Source: Truepera sp. (GTDB lineage: Bacteria; Deinococcota; Deinococci; Deinococcales; Trueperaceae). Taken from it: a DNA stretch of 64,000 bases. Position numbers and translations under genes: made by a program. Every line of letters starts with the position of its first letter. Positions within the stretch are counted from its first letter, which is position 1. The stretch spans positions 3,584,001-3,648,000 of the forward strand of contig CBDCKW010000009.1 of NCBI GenBank assembly GCA_965218435.1, given 5' to 3'. Shown piece by piece: positions 29,306-38,613 of this stretch. The notes beneath the pieces were generated by a model. The model was not told where the DNA came from. It saw nothing but the letters and a program-made list of their open reading frames with translations, and did not search any database.

Positions 29306-29494
29306 CTACGCTAACGCACTAAAAAACGCACAGCTTAGCACCGGTTGCCCAGGGTATTTGGGCGTTTCCGGGTGTACGCAGCGGACAAAGACGCTCTCCC
29401 GGCTGCTCCTTACCAGCCGCGCGGCGGCGCAGCGCCCACAGAGCCCGCCCCGAGCTGCGTGCTCGAGCGCGGCCTTATCAGTTACGTCGTTCAC
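29306..29494 (-). CDS. small Cys-rich hypothetical protein
   Basis: GLCGRC...SVFVRC...PKYPGQPVLSC; 14 nt downstream of nqo15 on the same strand. Confidence 0.6.
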   Translation of the reverse strand: MNDVTDKAALEHAARGGLCGRCAAARLVRSSRESVFVRCVHPETPKYPGQPVLSCAFFSALA

Positions 29495-29508
29495 GGTAGC
29501 TTCAGGTA

Positions 29509-30030
29509 CTACTCGGCGGGCTCGCTGTCACTGTTGTAGAGCATATCGGCAAGTTCAACGAGCATCTCGCGGGTAAATGGCCGTTTGCCTTCGGCGAGTG
29601 CGCCTTTTTTTGCGTCATAGGTCAGTTTGCGGTACACGTGTGATTCAAACGGATGCAGCGTCACCTCTTTGAACACGGTGTGACGCGGCGAGGCGCTGAG
29701 CAGCAGCAGGGGTCGCCCTTTGGGGTCGGAAAGGCTCGCGGACATGATGATCGTCGGCAAATCGTACGGACGTTCCATCCGGTAGATATAGTCGGTAAAG
29801 TCGGCCTCTTTTTCAAACAGCGCGCCCTCGTGCGTTTCGGCGTACTCAACCATCCAGTCTAACAGCTCTTTCCAAGCGGCGTAAAAGGCTGTTTCAGCAC
29901 TTTGACGGGCTTGCACCTGGGCTGAGGCTCGAGACTCGTCTTGGGGTCTATCATGAACGTCTTGCGTATTGCTGGGAGCACTTTGAGACGTGCCTTGCTT
30001 GTTCGGGGCGGCGGGGTCGCGGTTAGCCAT
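29509..30030 (-). CDS. nqo15: NADH-quinone oxidoreductase subunit 15 (frataxin-like fold)
   Basis: WKELLDWM.EYA, FEKEADFTDYIYRMERPYDLPT, SPRH match the Thermus Nqo15 sequence as recalled. Confidence 0.88.
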   Translation of the reverse strand: MANRDPAAPNKQGTSQSAPSNTQDVHDRPQDESRASAQVQARQSAETAFYAAWKELLDWMVEYAETHEGALFEKEADFTDYIYRMERPYDLPTIIMSASLSDPKGRPLLLLSASPRHTVFKEVTLHPFESHVYRKLTYDAKKGALAEGKRPFTREMLVELADMLYNSDSEPAE

Positions 30031-30082
30031 AGGGTCAGTTTACCCTTATCGGGCGCACGCTTATCGGGATATAGTAGCCCCT

Positions 30083-30319
30083 ATGAGAGTTTTACTGTTA
30101 GCTTTCCTCGTCGCCGTCCTAAGTGCTTGTGACGGACCCATCGACCTCGTTGACCCCTATGACCGGATTCAAGGCGAACCGAGCGGCCAAAGCCAGACGC
30201 TTGGCGACACGGCGGTCAATGAACCTGAAGCGCACACGGTCACGTCCGGGGCTGAAAGTGGCGGCGCAGGGGGTGTCCAGACAAATGAAGCGTCCGGCGG
30301 CGCTGAAGAAGGTCACTAG
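30083..30319 (+). CDS. small lipoprotein
   Basis: MRVLLLAFLVAVLSAC lipobox; ATG 7 nt after TATAGT; low-complexity acidic tail. Confidence 0.7.
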   Translation: MRVLLLAFLVAVLSACDGPIDLVDPYDRIQGEPSGQSQTLGDTAVNEPEAHTVTSGAESGGAGGVQTNEASGGAEEGH

Positions 30320-30336
30320 CCCGCTCTAACCCAGCT

Positions 30337-31533
30337 CTAACTACGAGTGACCTCGAGCCCCACCGGATAGCGGAAGACGTTTTTGGGCTGATACCTGGGC
30401 GTCCCGAGTAACTTTAGCTCAGGCGTATGGGTTAGCAGGGCTTTGAGCGCGTGGCGTAACTCGAGCCGCGCCAAAGGTGCGCCGATACAGTAGTGAAGCC
30501 CGAGTCCAAACGACAGGTGCGGGTTCGGATGCCGCGTCGGGTCAAACGTATCAGGGTCGGCAAAGACGCGTTCGTCACGGTTGGCCGAAGCGTAATAGAG
30601 GCATAACTTGGTGCCTTTAGGCCAGAAGAGGTCTTGATACACCAAATCTTCGCGGACGACACGCTCGAAAAATTGTAGCGGCGTATCAAACCTGAGGGTT
30701 TCTTCAACTGCCGTTTCCAGCTGTTCCGGGTGCGCTTTAAGCGCCTCCCAAAGCTCAGGACGGGACAAGAGCGCAATCAGCCCGTTGCCGACGACGTTGA
30801 CCACCGCTTCGTGACCGGCATCTAAAAAGAGGATCGCATTGGCGACGATTTCAGCTTCGCTGAGGCGTGCCGGGTCGGTAGCATGTAGCTTCACCATCCG
30901 GCTGATGAGGTCGTCTTGCGGCGCGGCGCGTTTTTCTCCCATGAGTTCTCGGACGTAGGCGGCAAACTCACGCGCGGCGGTGACGGCCGCCGCCTCTGCC
31001 TCGGGGGTGCGTTCGGGTTCAAACATCCCGATAATCGCTTTTGACCATGGGACAAGTTGGTAACGGCCCTGTTCAGGTACACCGAGCAGTTCGGCGATTA
31101 CGGTGACCGGAATCGGTTCGGCAAAGTCGCGTAACAGGTCGGCGCGGCTCCCGATTGTAAGTTTTTCGGCAAGCTCAGCGGCTAAACGGTTGCACAGAGC
31201 TGAAATCTTACCCTCTAACGCCCGCACGTGTTTGGGCGTAAACACATCTTGCACCGCTGTCTTGATTCGGGTGTGGTCGGGGGGCTCGAGCTCTAAGAGT
31301 GAGCCGTCTTGAATATCGTCGAAGGGTTCATAAGCCGTATTAAGACGAACTTTGGTGTTCGTAAGCACACGCCCAAGCCGCCGGTCACGCAGTAACACAC
31401 TGACGTCTGCGTGGCGCGTGACGATCCATTTGCCCCACGGCTCATAAAAAAAGATCGGCGCGTCGTCTCTGAGCTGCTGATACACCGGGTATGGGTTTTG
31501 TAGAAAAGTGGGGTCGGTCGGCCGAAACGTCAT
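30337..31533 (-). CDS. cytochrome P450
   Basis: I-helix AGHEA, EETLR (ExxR), heme ligand FGLGLHYCIG. Confidence 0.95.
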   Translation of the reverse strand: MTFRPTDPTFLQNPYPVYQQLRDDAPIFFYEPWGKWIVTRHADVSVLLRDRRLGRVLTNTKVRLNTAYEPFDDIQDGSLLELEPPDHTRIKTAVQDVFTPKHVRALEGKISALCNRLAAELAEKLTIGSRADLLRDFAEPIPVTVIAELLGVPEQGRYQLVPWSKAIIGMFEPERTPEAEAAAVTAAREFAAYVRELMGEKRAAPQDDLISRMVKLHATDPARLSEAEIVANAILFLDAGHEAVVNVVGNGLIALLSRPELWEALKAHPEQLETAVEETLRFDTPLQFFERVVREDLVYQDLFWPKGTKLCLYYASANRDERVFADPDTFDPTRHPNPHLSFGLGLHYCIGAPLARLELRHALKALLTHTPELKLLGTPRYQPKNVFRYPVGLEVTRS

Positions 31534-31823
31534 AAGGTTATTTTAGGTGGTGAGTTACCCCATGCACTAGCCCTGCTCCGGTATGACGCGGTTGCAATCA
31601 TCTGTTTCTGCTGTCCGTAAAGGCGTCCGTCAAAGGCGTCCGTAAAAGTAAAGGCGCTTAAGCCCGGCGAGCTGCTCGCGCAGTAGTTGGGCTGGAAAAC
31701 CACATGACTTTTTGTGTCCGCAGCGTCAGTGACCATAGACTTAACGTCATAAGCGTCTCGCTACGACCAAACGCCTTGTCACCGGACTAGAAAATTCGGG
31801 CACATCGGTTAAGCTCGAGCTTT

Positions 31824-33083
31824 ATGGGAAACGCTGCCGCCATCTGGTCTCTACTCGTCGCCGCTTTGTCAGGGCTACTGATCGGGCTCGAGCGTGAACG
31901 CAAACGGGAAACGCGCGGCTCGATTTTTGCAGGCATCCGCACCTTCCCGCTGATCGCACTTTTAGGTGCGGTTTGCGGTCAGCTTTCACACGAACTCGGC
32001 AGTGTCGTGGTGGCCCTCGGTTTGGCCGTACTGGGTGCTCTGCTCGGTTTGGCGTACTGGCGCACCTCGGCAGGGGAAAAAGTCGGGGGCACCAGCGAGA
32101 TTGCGGCGCTGGTGACTTTCGGTTTGGGCGTACTGGCCGGCCTTGAGCACCTTAGCGTTGCGGTTGCAGGCGCAGTGATTGTAACGGGCGTATTGTCTCT
32201 GCGCGACGAACTCCATCAACTGTCGCAGGCCGTAAGCCGCGAGGATCTATTTGCCACCGTACAGTTTGCCGCCGTATCGCTGCTGATTTTACCCTTGGTA
32301 CCCGACCGCTCGCTCGGCCCCTGGGGAGTTTGGAACCCACATACAATCTGGCTGCAAGTGGTACCTATCTCAGGTATTTCGTTTGTCGGTTACCTCACCG
32401 CCAAGCTCATCGGTACGGCGCGTAGTATCGGTCTGGGCGGATTGCTCGGCGGGCTGGTTTCGTCTACGGCCGTCACGCTTTCGTATAGCAAGCGCAGCCG
32501 GACCCACCCGGCACTCGGCCGGCTGCTCGCAGTGGGCGTGCTGCTCGCCTCAGCCGTGATGGTCGTGCGCATCCTGATTTTGCTGAGCGTCGTTGCGCCC
32601 GCGCTGGTCGTCCCGGCGCTCGCGCCTTTTGCGGCCCTGTTCGTAGTATCACTGGCGGGCTGCGCCCTTGTTTACCGGACCAGTAAAAAACAACCGGTGG
32701 GCGAGCTGGCGATGAAAAATCCCTTCGAGCTTAAAACCGCCTTGCAGTTCGCGCTCATCTTTGCGGTTATTTTGTTGCTGGCCCAGGCCGCTAAAGTGTA
32801 TCTGGGTGTAGGGGGCGTGTATCTGGCGAGTATCGTCGCCGGGTTTGCCCGACCTGACGCGGTGGCGCTGACACTCGGACAGCAGGCGCAAGGGGGACTC
32901 GGGGCGGCTGTCGCCGTGCGCGGTCTGACGCTGGCGGTCATAAGTAACACCCTTTTTAAGGCGGGGCTGGCGCTGAGCTTCGGTCATCAAGCATTTGGAC
33001 GCGTGGTGATGAGCACTTTACTGCTCGCCGCACTTGCCGCCCTCGCGGTCGCTTGGGGAATGGGACCTTACCTTGGGGCCTGA
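31824..33083 (+). CDS. MgtC/SapB family membrane protein with DUF4010 domain
   Basis: GLLIGLERE, AGIRTF, GGLVSSTAVT, NPFELK. Confidence 0.88.
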   Translation: MGNAAAIWSLLVAALSGLLIGLERERKRETRGSIFAGIRTFPLIALLGAVCGQLSHELGSVVVALGLAVLGALLGLAYWRTSAGEKVGGTSEIAALVTFGLGVLAGLEHLSVAVAGAVIVTGVLSLRDELHQLSQAVSREDLFATVQFAAVSLLILPLVPDRSLGPWGVWNPHTIWLQVVPISGISFVGYLTAKLIGTARSIGLGGLLGGLVSSTAVTLSYSKRSRTHPALGRLLAVGVLLASAVMVVRILILLSVVAPALVVPALAPFAALFVVSLAGCALVYRTSKKQPVGELAMKNPFELKTALQFALIFAVILLLAQAAKVYLGVGGVYLASIVAGFARPDAVALTLGQQAQGGLGAAVAVRGLTLAVISNTLFKAGLALSFGHQAFGRVVMSTLLLAALAALAVAWGMGPYLGA

Positions 33084-33119
33084 CAAACGACGCTGCGCGA
33101 CTTGGGCTTAAACTACCCT

Positions 33120-34472
33120 ATGAATCAGAGGCTGGCAAACTTTCAAGGAACGCTTTCTGAAACCGGTAGCAAACGTCACCTCGAGTTCATCTTTACCTGT
33201 CCGCCGGGGGCAGCGGGGCTCGAGCTTACCTTAACTTTTGAACCTGCTGAGGTTGGGGGGATTCACAACCTGCTCTACTTCAGCATTTTCGGTCCAGACG
33301 GTTTTCGTGGCGCGGGACATAGGGGGGGCAATGAGCACCGCGTTTGGTTGAGCAAAGACGCCGCCACCCCCGGTTATCTTCCCAGCACGCTTAAAGCGGG
33401 CAGCTGGCGGGTCGTTATCCATACCCACATGGTCAGGCCGGGAGAGCCGCTGCGGTATCGGCTTGAGGTTGGCTTGACCGACGCGCCTACGGCTCAGCCT
33501 CGCTCACTGCCCCAACCTGTTCCACCTGAACGTGGCCCCGGCTGGTACAAAGGCGACCTGCACGCGCACTCGGCCCATTCGGACGCGTCTTGGAGTATCA
33601 GAGATTTAGTGGCTTCAGCGAAACAATCCGGTCTCGAGTTCGTCACGCTGAGCGACCACAATACGGTCTCCGGTTTGCCTGAAATGGACGCCTTGACGAC
33701 GCCCGAACTGTTGACGTTGGGCGGGATCGAACTCACCACGTTTTACGGGCACGCGCTCGCGCTGGGCCGCCGCACTTGGCTCGACTGGGTTCATACCCCG
33801 ATGACCGAACTTGCCGAACGCGCCGACGCAGAGGGACTTTTTATCATCGCGCACCCACGCCGCGAGGGTGACCCGGTGTGTACCGGCTGCCGCTGGGAGT
33901 ACGCGGAACTGCTGCCGGGGCGGGCACAAGTCGTTGAAATCTGGAACAGTAGGAGTTGGGACACGCACAACGAACAAGCTTTGGCCCTGTGGTACAGCTG
34001 GCTGAACAAAGGTCACCGGATCACCGCAAGTGCCGGAACCGACGGGCACCGACCTGCGCTGGAGGGAACGCAAGTCGGGTTTAACGTGGTTTACGCCGAA
34101 GCCCTGACTGAAGCCGCGATTCTGGTAGGAGTAAGGCGGGGCCGGTCTTACCTGAGTTCAGGGCCGAGGCTCGAGCTGACTCTACCCGACCACCCAGAGC
34201 CTGTCACCGGAGACGTCGTAGCGGCTGAAACGACCCTCTCACTGCGCTACGAAGGCGTGCCCGCCGACGCGTCTTTGCGGCTTATCGCAAACGGAGAGGT
34301 TCAGCGCACAGTGAGCTTGGCGGACTCAGGACGGCTCGAGCTACGTCTCCCCGACGCCGCCCGCTGGGGGGTGCTCGAGCTCCGCGCCGCGGACGGCAAG
34401 GTGCTCGCCGTGACAAACCCGGTTTTTACGCCTGCGTTTGCGACTTTAGTTCAGACTGCGGCGTCACGGTGA
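33120..34472 (+). CDS. PHP-domain (CehA/McbA-like) metallohydrolase
   Basis: GDLHAHSAHSD, SDHNT, IAHP, GTDGH; 3' end overlaps the convergent ATPase gene by 47 nt. Confidence 0.85.
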   Translation: MNQRLANFQGTLSETGSKRHLEFIFTCPPGAAGLELTLTFEPAEVGGIHNLLYFSIFGPDGFRGAGHRGGNEHRVWLSKDAATPGYLPSTLKAGSWRVVIHTHMVRPGEPLRYRLEVGLTDAPTAQPRSLPQPVPPERGPGWYKGDLHAHSAHSDASWSIRDLVASAKQSGLEFVTLSDHNTVSGLPEMDALTTPELLTLGGIELTTFYGHALALGRRTWLDWVHTPMTELAERADAEGLFIIAHPRREGDPVCTGCRWEYAELLPGRAQVVEIWNSRSWDTHNEQALALWYSWLNKGHRITASAGTDGHRPALEGTQVGFNVVYAEALTEAAILVGVRRGRSYLSSGPRLELTLPDHPEPVTGDVVAAETTLSLRYEGVPADASLRLIANGEVQRTVSLADSGRLELRLPDAARWGVLELRAADGKVLAVTNPVFTPAFATLVQTAASR

Positions 34473-35502
34473 CCTCGAGCGGTGCGCCCTCTTGATAGAC
34501 CAAGTAGCGAGACACCCCGAAAGCAAGGTCTTGACCTTCACGCAGTAGGTGTGTTTTCGGAGCCATCAACCGCAGTTCGGGTAGCTTGGGAAGGTCCAAA
34601 CGCACCAGTTGATACGGTCCCAAATCAACGACCCGTGTGACGGTGCCGCGCCACGGGCACGGCTTTGAAAGCGTGATGTCTTCGGGTCGTAGGGCGAGGG
34701 TGCAGGCTCCATCTTCGAGACCTTGCGGCGCTGAAAGCTCGAGCTCACCGGCCCTTAGGCGTCCATCCTTGACAGCTGCGTCCAACAAGTTCATCGTGCC
34801 GATAAAGCCTGCGACAAAGCGGCTTTTCGGGCGGGCGTAGAGTTCGCTCGGGGTATCGAACTGCTCGATTTTTCCGGCGTTCATCACCGCGATGCGGTCG
34901 GCAAGTGTCAGCGCCTCCTCTTGGTCGTGGGTCACAAACACGGCGGTGATGGCGAGCTGCTGCTGAATCCGGCGCAGCTCTTCACGTAGCCGGACACGGA
35001 GGTGTGCGTCAAGGGCGCTAAAGGGTTCGTCCAATAAGAGAATTTGCGGCTCGAGGACGAGCGCCCGGGCAATCGCCACGCGCTGCTGCTGCCCCCCTGA
35101 AAGTTGCGCGGGATAACGGCTTCCTAACCCCGGCAGCCCTACGAGTTCCAACGTCTCTTCCACACGTTTTTTGACCTCGTTGCGGCTCAGGCGGCGCAGC
35201 TCGAGTCCGAACGCCACGTTGTCATAAACCCGCATATGCGGCCAGAGCGTGTACTTTTGAAAGACCATCGCGGTGGGTCGGCGGTTCGGCGGCAGCGATA
35301 ACACCGACGTGCCGCCGACTAAAATGTCACCCTCACTCGGCTCTTCAAACCCGGCGACCATCCGCAGGGCCGTCGTTTTGCCGCACCCCGACGGCCCTAA
35401 AAAACAGACGAACTCGCCGTCTTTAACCTCGAGGTCCATCTGCTCAACGGCGTGAAGCCCGCCAAAAGTTTTAGACAAATTTTGAAAACTCAGCGTCGCC
35501 AC
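34426..35502 (-). CDS. ABC transporter ATP-binding protein (PotA/FbpC-like)
   Basis: GPSGCGKT, LSGGQQQR, LLLDEP, TOBE-like tail; GTG 35502 directly after the permease stop. Confidence 0.93.
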   Translation of the reverse strand: MATLSFQNLSKTFGGLHAVEQMDLEVKDGEFVCFLGPSGCGKTTALRMVAGFEEPSEGDILVGGTSVLSLPPNRRPTAMVFQKYTLWPHMRVYDNVAFGLELRRLSRNEVKKRVEETLELVGLPGLGSRYPAQLSGGQQQRVAIARALVLEPQILLLDEPFSALDAHLRVRLREELRRIQQQLAITAVFVTHDQEEALTLADRIAVMNAGKIEQFDTPSELYARPKSRFVAGFIGTMNLLDAAVKDGRLRAGELELSAPQGLEDGACTLALRPEDITLSKPCPWRGTVTRVVDLGPYQLVRLDLPKLPELRLMAPKTHLLREGQDLAFGVSRYLVYQEGAPLEVTVTPQSELKSQTQA

Positions 35503-35503
35503 C

Positions 35504-36316
35504 TTACACCCCGAATCCGGCGGCGAGCGTGCGGCTTTGCAAGATACGCCGCGCAAATACGAGCGCCACCAAAGACGGTACCCATAAAAATACCGAGAGC
35601 ACCGCGCCGTACTGCACGATGAGCTGGTTGTTAATGAGTGAAATCATCACCAGCGGCATCGTTCGGACGTTGGGTAGTCCAACTAAGATCGCGCCCTGCG
35701 TTTCGTAAAATGTGCCGACGAAGGTCAGCAAAAGCGCCGCGCCGAGAGCCGGGGCGACCTGCGGCAACGAAACGCGAAAAAAGACCTGGAGCCGGGTCGC
35801 GCCCACGTCGAGAGCGGCTTCCTCGAGCGCCTTATCTACCCCGCGAAAGGCGGCAGTCGGAATCCAGATCATCAAGAGGAGAGTATTGACGAGCTGAATC
35901 AGCACGACGCCTGTGACGGTCCCAATCAAGTTGAGCCGGAAAAAAATAACTGCGATAGCGATATAAAGCCCAAAGCGCGGAAACGCGTTCGTTGCCAAAA
36001 ACGAGAGCAAAATTGCCTGCGAGCCGCGAAACTTGAGGCGGGCAAAGGCGTAGGCGGCGGGCAAACAGATCACTGCCGACAACAAGGTCACGAGCGACGC
36101 GATACCGAGGCTGAGCGGCAGCGCCCGCAACACGTCGGCGCGGCTCAGCGTCGCCTCCCAAAAGCGAAAGCCCCACTGCGTCGGCAACAGCGACGGATAC
36201 CGCCACTGCTCAGCAAAAGCCCAAAGCACCACTGAGACCATCGGCGCGACGATAAAGAGGACGAGCAAGATCAGGATGAGGTAGCCGAAAAACCCGTCCA
36301 GGCGTAGTCTACGCAT
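35504..36316 (-). CDS. ABC transporter permease (PotC-like)
   Basis: LEEAALDVGA EAA loop, about 6 TM. Confidence 0.9.
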   Translation of the reverse strand: MRRLRLDGFFGYLILILLVLFIVAPMVSVVLWAFAEQWRYPSLLPTQWGFRFWEATLSRADVLRALPLSLGIASLVTLLSAVICLPAAYAFARLKFRGSQAILLSFLATNAFPRFGLYIAIAVIFFRLNLIGTVTGVVLIQLVNTLLLMIWIPTAAFRGVDKALEEAALDVGATRLQVFFRVSLPQVAPALGAALLLTFVGTFYETQGAILVGLPNVRTMPLVMISLINNQLIVQYGAVLSVFLWVPSLVALVFARRILQSRTLAAGFGV

Positions 36317-37201
36317 CTACAGCCCCTCTTCTTGCCGCTGCTTAACTGCGGCGCGTACATACAAAAAGCCCACGACTGAACAGATCAAAAAGGTGATGAC
36401 CGCCTGCGTTTCAGCGCGTTCAGGTGCGCGGGCGTCGCCGAAGGTTCGCTGCATAAACACGCCCATCATTTCGGGTGAGGCGGGGCCGAGCAGATACGGC
36501 AGGGTAAAGCTGCCGATGATTCCCAAAAAGTTGAGCGAAAAGACGATCAAGACCGAACGTGAAACCAGTGGCAAAATAATCTGAAAAAAGATACGGAAGA
36601 TGCCCGCGCCGACATCTCTAGCACTTTCGATCATCCCATTAGGGACTTGCGCGAGCCCGGCAGTTAAAATCAAAACGGTCAGCGGAATACTCTCCCATAA
36701 AAGCCCGATCACGGCCCCCGAAGGCCGCAAGTAAGGGGTACGGTAACCGCCGAAGCCGGTGGTGACCTCGAGCAACGTCTCAAAGAGGCCGTTCGGCCCG
36801 AGAAAACGGATCAGCGCGTAGGCCAAAATAATCCCCGGCACAAAGAGTGGAAACAGCGCCAACCCCTGAATCCATGAGGTCGTCCAGTGCGTGGAAAACC
36901 GCAAAAAAAGTGCGATAGGAAAGCAGATAGCAAAAAGCAGCCCAATCGTTACAAAAGTTACGACGAGCGTAAAAATAAGATTGCGGAGGCTGAGCGGGTC
37001 GCTAAAAAACGCTTGATAGTTTTCTAAACCGAAGTGCCGCACGCCGTCAACGCTTGGAAAAAGCGTCCGGACGAGCGACAGCAGCGCCGGATAGAGGATC
37101 AGCAGCAGCATCAGTAAAAAAGGCGGCGCGACGAGCAGATACGCCCAGCCGTTATTTCGGTTTCGCTGTAGTGCGCGTGAAGAAGATTTAGCCAGAGACA
37201 C
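36317..37201 (-). CDS. ABC transporter permease (PotB-like)
   Basis: MIESARDVGA EAA loop; GTG 37201 after AGGAG. Confidence 0.9.
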   Translation of the reverse strand: MSLAKSSSRALQRNRNNGWAYLLVAPPFLLMLLLILYPALLSLVRTLFPSVDGVRHFGLENYQAFFSDPLSLRNLIFTLVVTFVTIGLLFAICFPIALFLRFSTHWTTSWIQGLALFPLFVPGIILAYALIRFLGPNGLFETLLEVTTGFGGYRTPYLRPSGAVIGLLWESIPLTVLILTAGLAQVPNGMIESARDVGAGIFRIFFQIILPLVSRSVLIVFSLNFLGIIGSFTLPYLLGPASPEMMGVFMQRTFGDARAPERAETQAVITFLICSVVGFLYVRAAVKQRQEEGL

Positions 37202-37235
37202 AGTAACTCCTGATGAAGTAAGAGGGTAAAGCAAA

Positions 37236-37258
37236 CCGGCGGGCGCTTAACCCGCCGG
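37236..37258 (-). terminator. stem-loop after the SBP gene (partial terminator or mRNA stabiliser)
   Basis: CCGGCGGG-N7-CCCGCCGG followed on the minus strand by TTTGCTTTA. Confidence 0.55.
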
Positions 37259-37272
37259 GAGCCTAAACTGGC

Positions 37273-38415
37273 CTATTCGCTGTCGCGGTCAACGTTGGGC
37301 GCGACGTTACTGTACCAGCCGTCGTTCATCGCGGCTTCCCACTCGCCCCCCGGAAAGACGGGCACTTCGTCGGTCACGACGTCGGTAAATTCTTGTTGCA
37401 GGTCGGTAGACAGCAGTTCCCAGCGAATCGCCGGAAAGCCGCCGATATCTTGCACGACGCTCGTTTGTATCTCAGGGGTCAGGAGAAAGTCGGTCAGCGC
37501 CAAAGCACCCTCGAGGTGAGCCGCGTTCGTCGGAATCGTCGAGGCCGCGTAGCCTCCGACAAAGGGCAAATCTTCAAGTTGCACCAGTTTGATGGTGTCG
37601 GGCAGCGCACCCAAGCTGATAGCCTGCAGCGCCTGATCCGACCACGCCGGAATCATCGAAACCGCACCCTGCGCCAAAAGTTGCAGCGTCGGGGTGTTGC
37701 CTGCAGGGTAGGCGGCGTTGTCGTACAAACTCGGCGCGAGGTCGTTAAGGATTTTCCAGGCTCCGGCAAAGTCTTTTTTGGCCTTTGCCGCACTGAAGTT
37801 GTCAACCTTAAAGAGCTCAGGGTTTTGTCCGTTCGCTTCGTGAATGGCGCGGACGACGAAGTTGCGCCCGGAACCACCACGGTCAGGACGACCGTAGATA
37901 AACTGTCCCGGATGCGCTTTGATCCACGCCACAAGGTCGGGCCAGGTGTGCGGCACCTCATTTTCAGGCACCTTGGTGCTGTCGTAAGCGAGCAGAACTT
38001 GCGACCCCCGGTACGGCAGGCTGTACGGGGTGATTTTAGCGGCGTCCACGATATTGTCGTAACTGGAAACATCTTGGGTTGAAAACTTTTCCCAAAGCCC
38101 GGCCTCAATCGCGCCGACCGGCGAGAACGGGTCTTGGCTTTCAAACAGGTCAACTTGTGGGTTGCCACCGGTTTTCAGCGCCGCGAGTGCACGCTGAGCA
38201 ATCGGGTCGTTCCCGGCTCCGCCGCCGCCGGTAATCACGACGTTCAGGCGGTACTCAGGGTGCGCCGCTTCAAACGCAGGCGCAACCGTATTCGTCCACC
38301 AGTCTGAGATGTTGGTGTCTGAGTTGGTATAGACATCTAAGGTTTCTTGCGCCGTAGCAACTGTAGAGACGAGCAGCAGCGTCCCTAAAACTGACCGTAC
38401 CAACTTGTTCATCAT
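37273..38415 (-). CDS. ABC transporter extracellular solute-binding protein
   Basis: AAGGAG RBS, signal peptide MMNKLVRSVLGTLLLVSTVATA-Q; heads the permease-permease-ATPase operon. Confidence 0.88.
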   Translation of the reverse strand: MMNKLVRSVLGTLLLVSTVATAQETLDVYTNSDTNISDWWTNTVAPAFEAAHPEYRLNVVITGGGGAGNDPIAQRALAALKTGGNPQVDLFESQDPFSPVGAIEAGLWEKFSTQDVSSYDNIVDAAKITPYSLPYRGSQVLLAYDSTKVPENEVPHTWPDLVAWIKAHPGQFIYGRPDRGGSGRNFVVRAIHEANGQNPELFKVDNFSAAKAKKDFAGAWKILNDLAPSLYDNAAYPAGNTPTLQLLAQGAVSMIPAWSDQALQAISLGALPDTIKLVQLEDLPFVGGYAASTIPTNAAHLEGALALTDFLLTPEIQTSVVQDIGGFPAIRWELLSTDLQQEFTDVVTDEVPVFPGGEWEAAMNDGWYSNVAPNVDRDSE

Positions 38416-38613
38416 ATTCTCCTTATGCTGTAGCTGCAGCCTCCCGGACTTATCCTGAGAAGAAAGCTTAGTCAGGTTGTACCGAAAGAACATGCTAATT
38501 TTTGCTACGAGCAGAGCATATCACGAATTGAGGGCAAGCTCCCATTTTGTAGTGTGGTTTCTCGCTCGAGCCCATAGCCGACATCACCATAAGAAGATGT
38601 TGTCACGTCAAGG

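Noticed and set aside
31530..31736. 68-aa ORF upstream of the P450
   Set aside because: No RBS or recognisable motif; it spans a tandem repeat and the P450 -10 box
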